Below are positions 8,450-18,106 of a stretch of 64,000 nt of DNA, piece after piece. Origin of the DNA: an uncultured bacterium (GTDB lineage Bacteria > Desulfobacterota > DSM-4660 > Desulfatiglandales > CALKZT01); contig CALKZT010000034.1 of the NCBI GenBank assembly GCA_938002815.1, positions 30,988 to 94,987 of the forward strand, written 5' to 3'. The notes under the pieces were generated by a model. It did not search any database. It saw only the letters and a list, made by a program, of their open reading frames with translations, and was not told where the DNA came from. The stretch's first letter is position 1. Every line of letters begins with the position of its first letter. The translations under genes were made by a program, and so were the position numbers.

Positions 8450-8461
8450 TTTTCTATCTTT

Positions 8462-8535
8462 GCCCCCGTAGCTCAGGTGGATAGAGCACCAGATTCCTAA
8501 TCTGGGTGTCGTGCGTTCGAGTCGCGCCGGGGGCA
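8462..8535 (+). tRNA. tRNA-Arg (anticodon CCT)
   Basis: 74 nt cloverleaf folded by hand. Acceptor GCCCCCG/CGGGGGC; D arm GCTC-AGGTGGATA-GAGC; anticodon arm CCAGA-TTCCTAA-TCTGG; V loop GTGTC; T arm GTGCG-TTCGAGT-CGCGC; discriminator A. CCA is not encoded. Confidence 0.85.
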
Positions 8536-8548
8536 TTCCCGCTTTGGA

Positions 8549-9352
8549 TCAGCACCTCATATCCCCATAATGGATGCTCAACCTTCCCCCTCCCTTCTCC
8601 TCCATTATCAGGCTTCCATTGGGTGCCAGTCCTATAGGTACCCCTTGAATGGACCTCCCATCTAAGTTGATGGTAACCTCTTTTCCAAAGAAGTCTGCCT
8701 TTTTCACCCACTTACTGAGCACCTCTTCGTAGCGCTTCTCCCTTATAAGCCCGTAGAGGAGTTCAAATTGTTTTAGGACCTTTACTGCCACCTGCTCCCT
8801 TTGAACCCTTTTCCCTGTCTCAAGGGCAATGCAAGTGGCTGGGTATATCAGTTCCTCCACAGGGGACCAGTTGGCATTGATCCCTACACCGGCTATCACA
8901 TATTCGGGGCTGTTCCCCTTGAGTGAGACCTCTGTTAAGACCCCTGCCAGTTTCTTTCCATTCAAGATCACATCATTGGGCCATTTGACCCTGGATTTCA
9001 GGCCGTACATGGACTCAACGGCCATCACTACGCTCAAGCTTAAGGCTGCAGTAATAGAGTAGATCCTCTCCTTGGGGATCTTTGGTCTCAAGAGGAGGGA
9101 AAGGAGTATATTCTCATGGGGCTCAGATAGCCAGGCCCTACCCATCCTACCCCTTCCTTTGGTCTGAGCTTCTGCCCAGACCACTGTGATCTCCTGTTCC
9201 CCTCCCTCTGCCAGTTCCTTTGCCACATCATTGGTGGAATCCACGGTGTCCCTGAATATGAAATTCCAGGGAGGGTCGCTTTCCTCGAAGCTGTTCCAAA
9301 AGAGCTCTTCCTTCACATAGGATTCCTCAAAGGACTCGGGTTTACGTTTCAT
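8549..9352 (-). CDS. birA: biotin--[acetyl-CoA-carboxylase] ligase (no N-terminal HTH domain)
   Basis: 267 aa. Signature GRGRMGRAW. KWPNDVILNGKKLAGVL. Confidence 0.85.
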   Translation of the reverse strand: MKRKPESFEESYVKEELFWNSFEESDPPWNFIFRDTVDSTNDVAKELAEGGEQEITVVWAEAQTKGRGRMGRAWLSEPHENILLSLLLRPKIPKERIYSITAALSLSVVMAVESMYGLKSRVKWPNDVILNGKKLAGVLTEVSLKGNSPEYVIAGVGINANWSPVEELIYPATCIALETGKRVQREQVAVKVLKQFELLYGLIREKRYEEVLSKWVKKADFFGKEVTINLDGRSIQGVPIGLAPNGSLIMEEKGGGRLSIHYGDMRC

Positions 9353-9355
9353 CTC

Positions 9356-10360
9356 CTATTCTTCCTTCAAAGACCTTGTCATGACCTCCTTTGCAGCCTC
9401 CATTGGAGGCTTTCCCTCGTACAAAATCTTGTAGACCTGCTCGGTGATGGGCATCTCAATACCCATCATCATAGAAAGTTCAAAGGCAGATTTGGTGGTC
9501 CTGAGCCCCTCTGCCACCATCTGGGTGGATTCGGTTATCTCCTTCACAGACATACCCAGACCTATCTTGTAGCCAAAGGATCGGTTCCTGCTAAGCTCAC
9601 TGGTGCAGGTCAGTATCAGGTCTCCCAGGCCTGCAAGCCCAGCAAAGGTCTTGGGCTGTGCCCCCAATTTCAGACCAAGGCGTGTTATCTCCACCAGGCC
9701 CCTGGTAATCAGTGCAGCCCTTGCATTGTGTCCAAAGCCAAGGGCATCACACATCCCAGCTGCAATGGCTATCACATTCTTTAAGGCCCCGGCCAGCTGG
9801 GCACCCATCACATCATCGGTCACATATACCCTAAACCAGTGGGTGTGCAATAGCTTTTGAAGCCCCTTAGCCATGGTGAGATTATTGGATGCTATTGTCA
9901 CAACCGTGGGTAAAGATTGGGCCACCTCTTTAGCAAAGCTAGGGCCTGCAATACATGCGTATCTCTCCATGATCTCATCCCCAAGGAGGGAAGAGGCCAC
10001 CTGGCTCATGAGCATGAGGCTCCTGTTCTCTATCCCCTTGGTGGCCACCAAGAGTTTTGTGCCTTTAGAGATGTTTTTGGAGATAGGGCTCAACACGTCC
10101 CTGAAGCCATGGGAAGGGATTGCTATCAGAAGGAGGTCTTTATCCTTCGATACCTCCTCTATGTCCATAGAGGGCAAGATATTTTGGCTGAGCCTTATTC
10201 CAGGCAAAAAGACCTTGTTTTCCTGAGACTCCCTTATCTCATCATAGACCTCCTTCTCCCTCACCCAAAGATGGACCTTGTACCCCTTGGACGCGATTAG
10301 GTTTGAAAGGGCAGTCCCCCAGCTCCCTGCACCCAGTACACCAATCCCTTCGATATCCAA
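9356..10360 (-). CDS. gpsA: NAD(P)H-dependent glycerol-3-phosphate dehydrogenase
   Basis: N-terminal GVLGAGSWGTALS Rossmann motif. GLAGLGDLILTC. 334 aa. Confidence 0.9.
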   Translation of the reverse strand: MDIEGIGVLGAGSWGTALSNLIASKGYKVHLWVREKEVYDEIRESQENKVFLPGIRLSQNILPSMDIEEVSKDKDLLLIAIPSHGFRDVLSPISKNISKGTKLLVATKGIENRSLMLMSQVASSLLGDEIMERYACIAGPSFAKEVAQSLPTVVTIASNNLTMAKGLQKLLHTHWFRVYVTDDVMGAQLAGALKNVIAIAAGMCDALGFGHNARAALITRGLVEITRLGLKLGAQPKTFAGLAGLGDLILTCTSELSRNRSFGYKIGLGMSVKEITESTQMVAEGLRTTKSAFELSMMMGIEMPITEQVYKILYEGKPPMEAAKEVMTRSLKEE

Positions 10361-10364
10361 CCTA

Positions 10365-12788
10365 TCACTCCTCTTCTATCTTGGCAGCACCCACAACCCT
10401 CTCCCCGTTTTGGAGCTCTATGAGCTTTACACCCTGAGTTACCCTTCCAGTTCTGGGTACATTAGACACCTCAAACCTGATAAGCTTTCCTTCCTCGGTT
10501 ATCAGAACCATGTGATCCGTCTCAGATACCTGGTAGGAATAGACTACCCCCCCATTCTTCTCGGTAAGCCTCATAAGGGTGATCCCCTTGCCACCCCTCA
10601 TCTGGGCTCTAAACTCAGAGACAGGGGTCCTCTTACCATAGCCCCGCTCTGTTACCGTAAGTATATCACCCTCGGGTTTTAGGACCTCCATACTCACCAC
10701 CTCATCATCCTCATCAAGATCTATCCCTATTACCCCTATGGAGGCCCTTCCCACCAGCCTCACCTCACTCTCAGAAAACCTTATGCACCTGCCTTTCTTT
10801 GTGCTCAAGAAGACCTCCTTGGACCCATCAGAGAGGACCACACCCACAAGCTCATCCCCTTCCCGCATCCTGAGGGCTATGATCCCGCTACTCTTCACAT
10901 TGCTGTATTCCTCAAGTCTGGTCCTCTTCACTATCCCCTTCTTGGTGGCCATAATCACCACCAAGCCATCCTCAAAGCTCCTTAGGTTCAGGGTAGCCTT
11001 TATCTTTTCCTGGGGAGAGATATCCAGTATGTTTGCTATGTGTTTACCCTGGGCTGAGCGCGCCCCTTCGGGGAGCTCATGTACCTTCTTCAGATAGACC
11101 TTTCCAAGGCTTGTATAGAAGAGAAGATGGTCGTGGGAGTTTGCAACCACCATTATCTTTACAAAATCGTCTTCCCTTGTCTTCGCCCCTAAAACCCCTT
11201 TCCCTCCCCTCCTCTGGGCCCTGTATTGGCTCAGAGGGGTCCTCTTGGTATAACCCAGGTTACTGATGGTGACCACCATCTCCTCTTCCTGGATGAGGTC
11301 CTCCTCCTCCATGGGGTCTTCTGCATCGAGGATATCTGTCTTCCTTTGATCCCCAAATTGCTCCCTGATCCAGATGGTCTCCTCTTTAATGATTCCGTCT
11401 ACCTTTTTGGGATCAGAGAGTATCTCTTCGAAACCCTCTATGTCCTTTAGAAGCCTTCCGTATTCCTCTTCCAACCTTTCCCTTTCAAGGCCTGTAAGCC
11501 TCTGGAGCCTCATCTCCAGGATGGCCTGGGCCTGTCTCTCGGTGATGCCCAAAAGCTCCATGAGACCCTGTTTGGCCGTCTTTGTATCCTCCGAGGACCT
11601 AATGAGCTGGATCACCTCGTCTAACATAAAAAGGGCCTTTCTGAGGCCTTCTAAGATGTGTGCCCTTTCTTTTGCCTTTTTGAGTTCGAATTCGGTCTTT
11701 CTATGTACAATCTCTCTTCTGTGGTCTATGAAGGAGAGCAAGAGGGTCTTGAGGTCCAGAAGTGTGGGCCTTCCTCCTACCAGTGCCAGCATATTTATCC
11801 CAAAACTGATCTCCATCTGGGTATATTTGAAGATCCTGTTTATGAGTACAGAGGGTACTGCATCCTTCCTCAGCTCCAGCACAATTCGGATACCCTCCCT
11901 GTTGGATTCATCCCTTATCTCTTGGACTCCGTCCAGCTTCTTGTCCCTTATGAGCTCCCCGATCTTTTCTATGAGTTTTGCCTTGTTTACCTGATAAGGG
12001 ATCTCCTCAATGGTGATATATTGCCTCCCACCCTTCTTTTCTTCAAACCTGGCCTTTCCCCTGATCCTGATGATACCCCTGCCTGTCCTGTACGCCTCAG
12101 TGATCCCCTCCTTCCCCACTATTACACCACTTGTGGGGAGATCAGGTCCTGGGATAACCCTTAAGAGATCATCCACCTCAAGGGTAGGATCCTCAAGGAG
12201 GGCTATTATCCCGTCACATACCTCTTTTAGATTGTGGGGCGGGATACTCGTGGACATGCCCACGGCAATACCTGAAGAGCCATTTATAAGCAGATTGGGC
12301 ACAGGAGATGGGAGCACAACCGGTTCCATAAGGGAGCCATCGTAGTTGGGACTAAAGTCCACGGTCTCTTTTTCGATATCCCTCAGGAGTTCTTCGGCCA
12401 GCCTGCTCATCCTTACCTCTGTGTATCTCATGGCTGCCGGGGCATCTCCGTCCACAGAACCAAAATTTCCCTGTCCGTCCACCAGGGGATACCTCATATT
12501 GAAGTCTTGGGCCATTCTCACTATGGCATCATATACCGCCATGTCGCCATGGGGGTGGTATTTACCTATCACGTCACCTACTACCCTTGCGGACTTCTTG
12601 TAGGGCTTGTCGTGGAAGTTTTTCAATTCGTACATACTAAAAAGGATTCTTCTGTGCACAGGCTTCAGTCCATCCCGCACATCTGGTAAGGCCCTCCCCA
12701 CTATGACGCTCATGGAGTATTCCAGGTATGAGCGCTTCATCTCCTCTTCTATGGACACAACATCCACCACTACGTTTGACCCATCCAT
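10365..12788 (-). CDS. gyrA: DNA gyrase subunit A
   Basis: 807 aa. [29 protein letters not shown], catalytic-Tyr region AAMRYTE. C-terminal beta-pinwheel repeats. Confidence 0.97.
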   Translation of the reverse strand: MDGSNVVVDVVSIEEEMKRSYLEYSMSVIVGRALPDVRDGLKPVHRRILFSMYELKNFHDKPYKKSARVVGDVIGKYHPHGDMAVYDAIVRMAQDFNMRYPLVDGQGNFGSVDGDAPAAMRYTEVRMSRLAEELLRDIEKETVDFSPNYDGSLMEPVVLPSPVPNLLINGSSGIAVGMSTSIPPHNLKEVCDGIIALLEDPTLEVDDLLRVIPGPDLPTSGVIVGKEGITEAYRTGRGIIRIRGKARFEEKKGGRQYITIEEIPYQVNKAKLIEKIGELIRDKKLDGVQEIRDESNREGIRIVLELRKDAVPSVLINRIFKYTQMEISFGINMLALVGGRPTLLDLKTLLLSFIDHRREIVHRKTEFELKKAKERAHILEGLRKALFMLDEVIQLIRSSEDTKTAKQGLMELLGITERQAQAILEMRLQRLTGLERERLEEEYGRLLKDIEGFEEILSDPKKVDGIIKEETIWIREQFGDQRKTDILDAEDPMEEEDLIQEEEMVVTISNLGYTKRTPLSQYRAQRRGGKGVLGAKTREDDFVKIMVVANSHDHLLFYTSLGKVYLKKVHELPEGARSAQGKHIANILDISPQEKIKATLNLRSFEDGLVVIMATKKGIVKRTRLEEYSNVKSSGIIALRMREGDELVGVVLSDGSKEVFLSTKKGRCIRFSESEVRLVGRASIGVIGIDLDEDDEVVSMEVLKPEGDILTVTERGYGKRTPVSEFRAQMRGGKGITLMRLTEKNGGVVYSYQVSETDHMVLITEEGKLIRFEVSNVPRTGRVTQGVKLIELQNGERVVGAAKIEEE

Positions 12789-12811
12789 ATGTTTGGCTCC
12801 TTTATGAAAAA

Positions 12812-15187
12812 TCAGATATCAAGGCGGCTGACTTCAAGGGCGTGCTTTAGGATGAATTCCTTTCTGGGACTTACCTCATCTCCCATCAACATGCTAAATA
12901 CCTCATCGGATTCCACCAAATCCTCGATTTTCACCCTTAGCAAAGACCTCCTCGCAGGATCCATGGTGGTCTCCCATAGCTGCTCAGGATTCATCTCTCC
13001 CAAACCTTTGTATCTTTGAATGTTTAAATGGGATTTGGCACTTAAGACCAACTCGTCTAAAATTAGTGATAGGTCTTTTGCGGGTTTCCAATCTGGGGAA
13101 CCTTCCAGTCTGTATTCTTTATCGGTTAGAATTGAAAGATTCTTCCATGACCTACACAATTGGTTGAAATCAAAAGAGGAGACCAGATTCCAATCTACCA
13201 GAAGAGGAGACCTTCCATTATTGCTCCTCACAATAGTAAACCTAAAATAACCTGTGTCTTCGTCAAAGGCTATCTCCCTGATCTGTGCACCTTCCTGAGA
13301 GACCTTTTTTGAAAGGTCTCTGATAAAGGACTCTTCCTTTAGGAGGCCTCTGTCCACAAGCCCGTTTTTCAGAAGAATGTGTATGATACCCTTGTCGTAT
13401 CCATATTTCCTTAAACTACTTAAGGACCTCTCAAACCTTTGAAGCTCCCTTATCATAGATGCCAATTCTTCACCTTGATACTTACCCATCCCCTTGATGT
13501 TTAGGACCGCTTCCTTAGATATCTTCTCTAAAAGATACTCACTAAAGGCCAGCTCGTCTTTGATGTAAAATTCCCTTTTCCCATCCACTATCCTGTAGAG
13601 GGGTGGCTGGGCCACATAGAGATGCCCCCTCTCTATTATTTCCCTCATCTCCCTGAAGAAAAAGGTCAAAAGGAGTGTCCTTATGTGGGCACCGTCCACA
13701 TCGGCATCTGTCATTATGATGATCTTATTATATCTCAAAGACGATATGTCGAAGTCCTTTTCGCCTATTCCTGTTCCCAAGGCAGCTATCATAGTCCTTA
13801 TCTCGTCGCTACTGATCACCTTGTCAAACCTTGCCTTCTCCACGTTCAGGATCTTCCCTTTCAGGGGCAAGACCGCCTGAAACCGTCTATCCCTTGCCTG
13901 TTTGGCAGAGCCTCCCGCAGAATCCCCTTCCACTATGAATAGCTCCCTTACCTTGGGATCCTTCTCTTGGCAGTCGGCAAGCTTGCTGGGAATAGAAAAG
14001 TCAGAGACCCCTGCCTTCTTCCTCGCCAATTCCTTTGCCTTGCGGGCGGCCTCCCTTGCCCTGGCAGCCTCCACTGCCTTCTGTATTATGGGTCTCACCA
14101 ACTGGGGATTCTCTTCAAACGCCCTGGAAAGACCCTCGTTGGTGACCGCCTCCACTAGGCCCTTTATCTCGCTGTTTCCAAGTTTTGTCTTGGTCTGACC
14201 CTCAAATTGGGGATTTGGCAGTTTTACACTTATGACGGCAACCAATCCCTCTCTCACATCCTCACCGCTCAACTTTTCCTTAAATGACTTTGTAAGTGGA
14301 GAAGACTGAAGGACTGAATTTATGCTCCTTGTCAGGCCGGCTTTGAAGCCTATTAAATGGGTTCCACCCTCGATTGTGTTTATATTATTGGCATAACTTA
14401 AGATATTTTCATTATATGAATTATTGTACTGAAGGGCAATTTCGATCAAGATATTATTTTTCTCTGACTTAAAATATATTGGCTCTGGATGAAGGACCTC
14501 TTTTGTTCTGTTTAAATACTTTACAAATGCTACGATCCCACCCTCATATTGGTACTCTTTTGAAATCCCAGAATTTTCATCCAGGAATTTTATTTTTATC
14601 CCACTCGTGAGAAATGCCAGTTCTCTAAGTCTTCTTATTAGATAATTCGGATCCCATAATATTGTCTCGAATATCTCTGAATCAGGTTTAAATCTGACAG
14701 TCGTACCCGTCAGATGAGTATCTCCTCTAACTTCTAAACCACAGGTGGGTACACCCCTTTCGTAGCGTTGATAATAGATATGGCCGTCCCTTTTGACATA
14801 CACCTCTAAGAACTCAGAGAGGGCATTTACTACCGATACTCCAACACCATGGAGTCCACCCGACACCTTGTAGATCTTATTATCAAACTTTCCACCGGCA
14901 TGGAGTTTGGTCATCACCACCTGGACTGCAGGCACCTTCTCGGTCTCGTGTATGTCCACAGGAATACCCCTGCCATCGTCAGCTACCTCCACAGACCCGT
15001 CCTCTAAGAGCCTTACGGAGATGGTTGTGCAATAACCTGCAAGGGCCTCGTCTATACTGTTATCCACCACCTCAAAGACCAGGTGGTGCAGGCCCTCGAA
15101 TCCGGTATTGCCTATATACATGGCAGGTCTTTTTCTTACTGCCTCGAGACCTTCGAGGACCTTAATGTCAGAGGCTTTATATGTCAC
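12812..15187 (-). CDS. gyrB: DNA gyrase subunit B (long form with Toprim insertion)
   Basis: [19 protein letters not shown], Toprim [20 protein letters not shown] and [13 protein letters not shown] prefer the GTG start at 15187, which forms a GTGA overlap with the dnaN stop. The longest ORF starts at 15223. Confidence 0.95.
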   Translation of the reverse strand: MTYKASDIKVLEGLEAVRKRPAMYIGNTGFEGLHHLVFEVVDNSIDEALAGYCTTISVRLLEDGSVEVADDGRGIPVDIHETEKVPAVQVVMTKLHAGGKFDNKIYKVSGGLHGVGVSVVNALSEFLEVYVKRDGHIYYQRYERGVPTCGLEVRGDTHLTGTTVRFKPDSEIFETILWDPNYLIRRLRELAFLTSGIKIKFLDENSGISKEYQYEGGIVAFVKYLNRTKEVLHPEPIYFKSEKNNILIEIALQYNNSYNENILSYANNINTIEGGTHLIGFKAGLTRSINSVLQSSPLTKSFKEKLSGEDVREGLVAVISVKLPNPQFEGQTKTKLGNSEIKGLVEAVTNEGLSRAFEENPQLVRPIIQKAVEAARAREAARKAKELARKKAGVSDFSIPSKLADCQEKDPKVRELFIVEGDSAGGSAKQARDRRFQAVLPLKGKILNVEKARFDKVISSDEIRTMIAALGTGIGEKDFDISSLRYNKIIIMTDADVDGAHIRTLLLTFFFREMREIIERGHLYVAQPPLYRIVDGKREFYIKDELAFSEYLLEKISKEAVLNIKGMGKYQGEELASMIRELQRFERSLSSLRKYGYDKGIIHILLKNGLVDRGLLKEESFIRDLSKKVSQEGAQIREIAFDEDTGYFRFTIVRSNNGRSPLLVDWNLVSSFDFNQLCRSWKNLSILTDKEYRLEGSPDWKPAKDLSLILDELVLSAKSHLNIQRYKGLGEMNPEQLWETTMDPARRSLLRVKIEDLVESDEVFSMLMGDEVSPRKEFILKHALEVSRLDI

Positions 15188-16308
15188 TGTTGATATTCCT
15201 CCACCAGGGGCATTAATACACACAGATAGTCTGGATCTGCCTTTCCTGTTATTATACAGGCAGAAACCCCCTCTGTAAACGAGATCTCCATCTCATCGGA
15301 TTCCATCACCTCTGCCACGGATAAAAGCTCCTTGGGGTTCATGTGGACCACAAAATCATCACCTTCATAAGATACCTTCAAAACCTCCTCTGCCTTACCG
15401 GCATCTGTTACGGCCTTAAGGGTAAGCCTACCCCCGTCCTCAGCTCTAAAATACATTTCTGTATCTTTTAGATAGCCTTCAAGGAATGTGGACATCCTTT
15501 TGAGGGATTCCCCAAAGGGGCTCTTTTTCAAGATCGCCTTGTGCTCTATCTTCACCGTATAAAGTGGTGAGTAATCTATGAATTCTTCCTGTCTTATAGT
15601 GATATAACAGAGGCACTCATCAGATGGCTCAATATATAGCCCGTCCCCTTTAAGACCTATCTTCCAAGGACCTTTATCATCTTCCTGTTTTAGAATCTCG
15701 TTTATACTGGATTTTGGGATCATTATAAGATGATCAGGTAGGATACGATTAAACTCTGGTAATGAGAAATCACGTATACTCAAACTATGATTGTCAGAAG
15801 ACATAAATCTGACCTTGTCTCCATCATCCATTTTTTGTATGAACACACCTGAGAGGTGTGGATTCATGTCAGGTTCTGCAACGGTAATCGAGACAGTTTT
15901 TATTGCTTTTTTAAAGATTTTGCCATCAATTAGCACTTTATTGGATGGGTCTAAATATTCTATTTTAGGAAAATCTTCAAAATCTACCAAATAAAAATTG
16001 TAGTTAGTAACCTTGTCATCGATAATGATTTTGTTATCTTCGACATTTATACTGATAATTTCTCCTTTACTTTCTTTTATGATGTCATATAACTTTCTTC
16101 CAGGCAAGGCAGTACCACCTGGTTTGTCTATGGTACCTTCAATAGAAATATCATAATAGACTTGAAGGTTGGTAACTTTGATGTTTATCTTATCTTTTGC
16201 CTCTATGATTACATAGCCCAAAAGAGGTCTTATACCCCTTTTGTCGAGAACAGACTGGACCTTGGAAAGAGAGGCCAGAAGTTTTGATCTCGGTAAAAGT
16301 AATCTCAT
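15184..16308 (-). CDS. dnaN: DNA polymerase III beta sliding clamp
   Basis: About 374 aa from the ATG at 16308, with GGAGG upstream. N-terminus [37 protein letters not shown] fits the clamp N-terminal pattern. Position immediately upstream of gyrB. Confidence 0.88.
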   Translation of the reverse strand: MRLLLPRSKLLASLSKVQSVLDKRGIRPLLGYVIIEAKDKINIKVTNLQVYYDISIEGTIDKPGGTALPGRKLYDIIKESKGEIISINVEDNKIIIDDKVTNYNFYLVDFEDFPKIEYLDPSNKVLIDGKIFKKAIKTVSITVAEPDMNPHLSGVFIQKMDDGDKVRFMSSDNHSLSIRDFSLPEFNRILPDHLIMIPKSSINEILKQEDDKGPWKIGLKGDGLYIEPSDECLCYITIRQEEFIDYSPLYTVKIEHKAILKKSPFGESLKRMSTFLEGYLKDTEMYFRAEDGGRLTLKAVTDAGKAEEVLKVSYEGDDFVVHMNPKELLSVAEVMESDEMEISFTEGVSACIITGKADPDYLCVLMPLVEEYQQ

Positions 16309-16353
16309 TTGTTCTTTACCTCCTAGGAGAATATTTATACTTATAGCGTAGAT

Positions 16354-16404
16354 ATGTTCAAAAGTCAATCAAGTGTTGAATTTCATTGTCTAAATTTTGA
16401 ACAT
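16354..16404. promoter_or_regulatory. 10-bp perfect inverted repeat ATGTTCAAAA / TTTTGAACAT in the dnaN-cooC divergent spacer
   Basis: Read directly: 16354-16363 and 16395-16404, 31-nt spacer containing a related TGTTGAA (16374-16380). AT-rich context. Function unknown. Confidence 0.4.
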
Positions 16405-16497
16405 CTTCTTTCTGAAATCCTCATATCCATGAGAGCATCCCTTGACTGCGTTCGAAAAAGTTCTAAATCTTAGAGGAGAATAGGAGAGGAGGAGAAA

Positions 16498-17238
16498 ATG
16501 GCCTTTTCCATAGCTATGGCAGGTAAAGGCGGGACCGGAAAGACCACTGTTGCAGGCCTACTCATAAGATACCTGGTCGAGACAGGGAGAAAGCCGGTGC
16601 TTGCTGTGGATGCGGACGCAAATAGTAACCTAAACGAGGTCTTAGGTGTGGAAGTCTTTGAGACCCTTGGGAATGCCAGGGAAGAGATGAAAAAACACGT
16701 CTCCGTGGGAATGACAAAGGATGTATTTATGGAGATGAAATTACAGCAGGCAGTGGTAGAAGGGGATGGGTTCGATCTAATAGTGATGGGGCGGCCTGAG
16801 GGTCCTGGTTGCTATTGCGCTGCGAATACCCTCCTATCTGAGTATCTCGGTAAGCTCATAGGTAATTACCCCTATATAGTGATAGATAATGAGGCAGGGA
16901 TGGAGCATATGAGCAGGCTTACCACCAATAATGTGGATGTCCTGTTGGTGGTATCAGATCCAAGCAGGAGAGGGCTTGAGGCAGCCAAGAGGATATGGGA
17001 GCTGGCCAAGGAGCTCAAGTTGGACGTTGGAAAGGGATTCCTTTTGGTAAACAGGGTGAAGGATGGGGGAGGGCTTGGGGATGTGAGCAACCTTACAGGT
17101 CTTGAACTCTTAGGAGTGCTCCATGAAGACAACACCATACAAGAATACGATCTCAAGGGGATGCCCACTTCAAAGGTCCCCCCTGAATCGGCAATTATCA
17201 AGGAGTCTTATAGGGTCTTTGAAGGGATCTTCAGCTGA
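16498..17238 (+). CDS. CooC/MinD-ParA-family P-loop ATPase (nickel-insertion accessory-like)
   Basis: Deviant Walker A AMAGKGGTGKTT. CXC motif GPGCYCAAN as in CooC-type maturases. DNEAGMEH switch region. 246 aa. Confidence 0.75.
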   Translation: MAFSIAMAGKGGTGKTTVAGLLIRYLVETGRKPVLAVDADANSNLNEVLGVEVFETLGNAREEMKKHVSVGMTKDVFMEMKLQQAVVEGDGFDLIVMGRPEGPGCYCAANTLLSEYLGKLIGNYPYIVIDNEAGMEHMSRLTTNNVDVLLVVSDPSRRGLEAAKRIWELAKELKLDVGKGFLLVNRVKDGGGLGDVSNLTGLELLGVLHEDNTIQEYDLKGMPTSKVPPESAIIKESYRVFEGIFS

Positions 17239-17299
17239 GAGAGACCTCAGTTTGGGCCATGTAAGATGTTGCCTTTTTTAGGGGTTTCTTTCATTTGCC

Positions 17300-17329
17300 T
17301 TGACACCAAAGATGAGCTTCTCGTATAGA
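17300..17329 (+). promoter_or_regulatory. sigma70-type promoter candidate for the rpmH operon
   Basis: TTGACA (17300-17305), 18-nt spacer, TATAGA (17324-17329), about 35 nt upstream of the rpmH ATG. Confidence 0.5.
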
Positions 17330-17363
17330 AAGAGATAGATCAATGAGATGAGGTAAAGGGGAG

Positions 17364-17498
17364 ATGAAGAGGACTTTTCAACCAAGCAGGATTAAGAGGG
17401 CACGTACACATGGGTTCAGGGCCCGAATGAAGACAAGAGACGGGATGAAGGTGCTAAACAGGCGGAGGGCAAAGGGAAGGAAGAGGATTGCCGTCTAA
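17364..17498 (+). CDS. rpmH: 50S ribosomal protein L34
   Basis: Not in the ORF track (44 aa). Hand translation [44 protein letters not shown] is the classic L34 sequence. SD aagggga upstream. Confidence 0.95.
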   Translation: MKRTFQPSRIKRARTHGFRARMKTRDGMKVLNRRRAKGRKRIAV

Positions 17499-17856
17499 TG
17501 GTACCCACCTCTCCAAAGGGTTTGGATTACCGAAGGAGAATAGACTTAGGGGACAAGAGGAATTCAGACGGGTCAGGTTCCAGGGGAGAAAGATCAGCTC
17601 GATCAATTTTTCAGTCTACCTTCTCAGGAATAATTTTGAGCACTTTAGGTTTGGGATCAGTATCAAAAAGGCTATTGCAACCGCTCCCAGGAGAAATAGG
17701 GTGAAGAGGCTGATAAGGGAGTTTGTGCGTTTGAATAAGTCTTTGTTGCCAAAGGGGTACGATTTCTTGATCCTCCCCAAAAGGGATTTGGCAGATCTAA
17801 AATACCAAGAAGTGGAACGAGAGCTGGGAGAATTGCTTATTGGCAAGACTGGTTAA
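17488..17856 (+). CDS. rnpA: ribonuclease P protein component
   Basis: [13 protein letters not shown] and [13 protein letters not shown] motifs. Follows rpmH. The only in-frame start is TTG at 17488, which overlaps rpmH by 11 nt. Confidence 0.85.
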   Translation: MPSNGTHLSKGFGLPKENRLRGQEEFRRVRFQGRKISSINFSVYLLRNNFEHFRFGISIKKAIATAPRRNRVKRLIREFVRLNKSLLPKGYDFLILPKRDLADLKYQEVERELGELLIGKTG

Positions 17857-18067
17857 GTGGGAAGACCTCCCTATAGGGTTAATTAGATTTTATCAATATT
17901 TGATCTCACCCATGCTTCCTAAGACGTGCAGGTTTTATCCCACATGTTCCTCCTATGCAGTGGAGGCCTTAAAGAGGTATGGGTTGGGAAAAGGTCTCTA
18001 TCTATCAGTAAAAAGGCTTTTGAAATGCCATCCATTTCACCCTGGTGGCTATGACCCCCTGACCTAG
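17840..18067 (+). CDS. yidD: membrane protein insertion efficiency factor YidD
   Basis: [27 protein letters not shown] signature. TTG start overlapping the rnpA end. Confidence 0.85.
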   Translation: MARLVKWEDLPIGLIRFYQYLISPMLPKTCRFYPTCSSYAVEALKRYGLGKGLYLSVKRLLKCHPFHPGGYDPLT

Positions 18068-18106
18068 TCCCAGAAGACTTTTAATTAGGAGGCTTAATTT
18101 AGCTAA

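Noticed and set aside
8454-8711. 85-aa minus-strand ORF overlapping tRNA-Arg and the birA 3' end.
   Set aside because: It runs antisense through a well-folding tRNA and out of frame through birA, so I regard it as spurious.
16309-17363. Search for canonical DnaA boxes (TTATCCACA / TGTGGATAA) in both spacers around the cooC-like gene.
   Set aside because: The best by-eye matches (for example tcatatccatg near 16421-16431) carry two or more mismatches and do not cluster. I therefore do not annotate an oriC and only flag the region.
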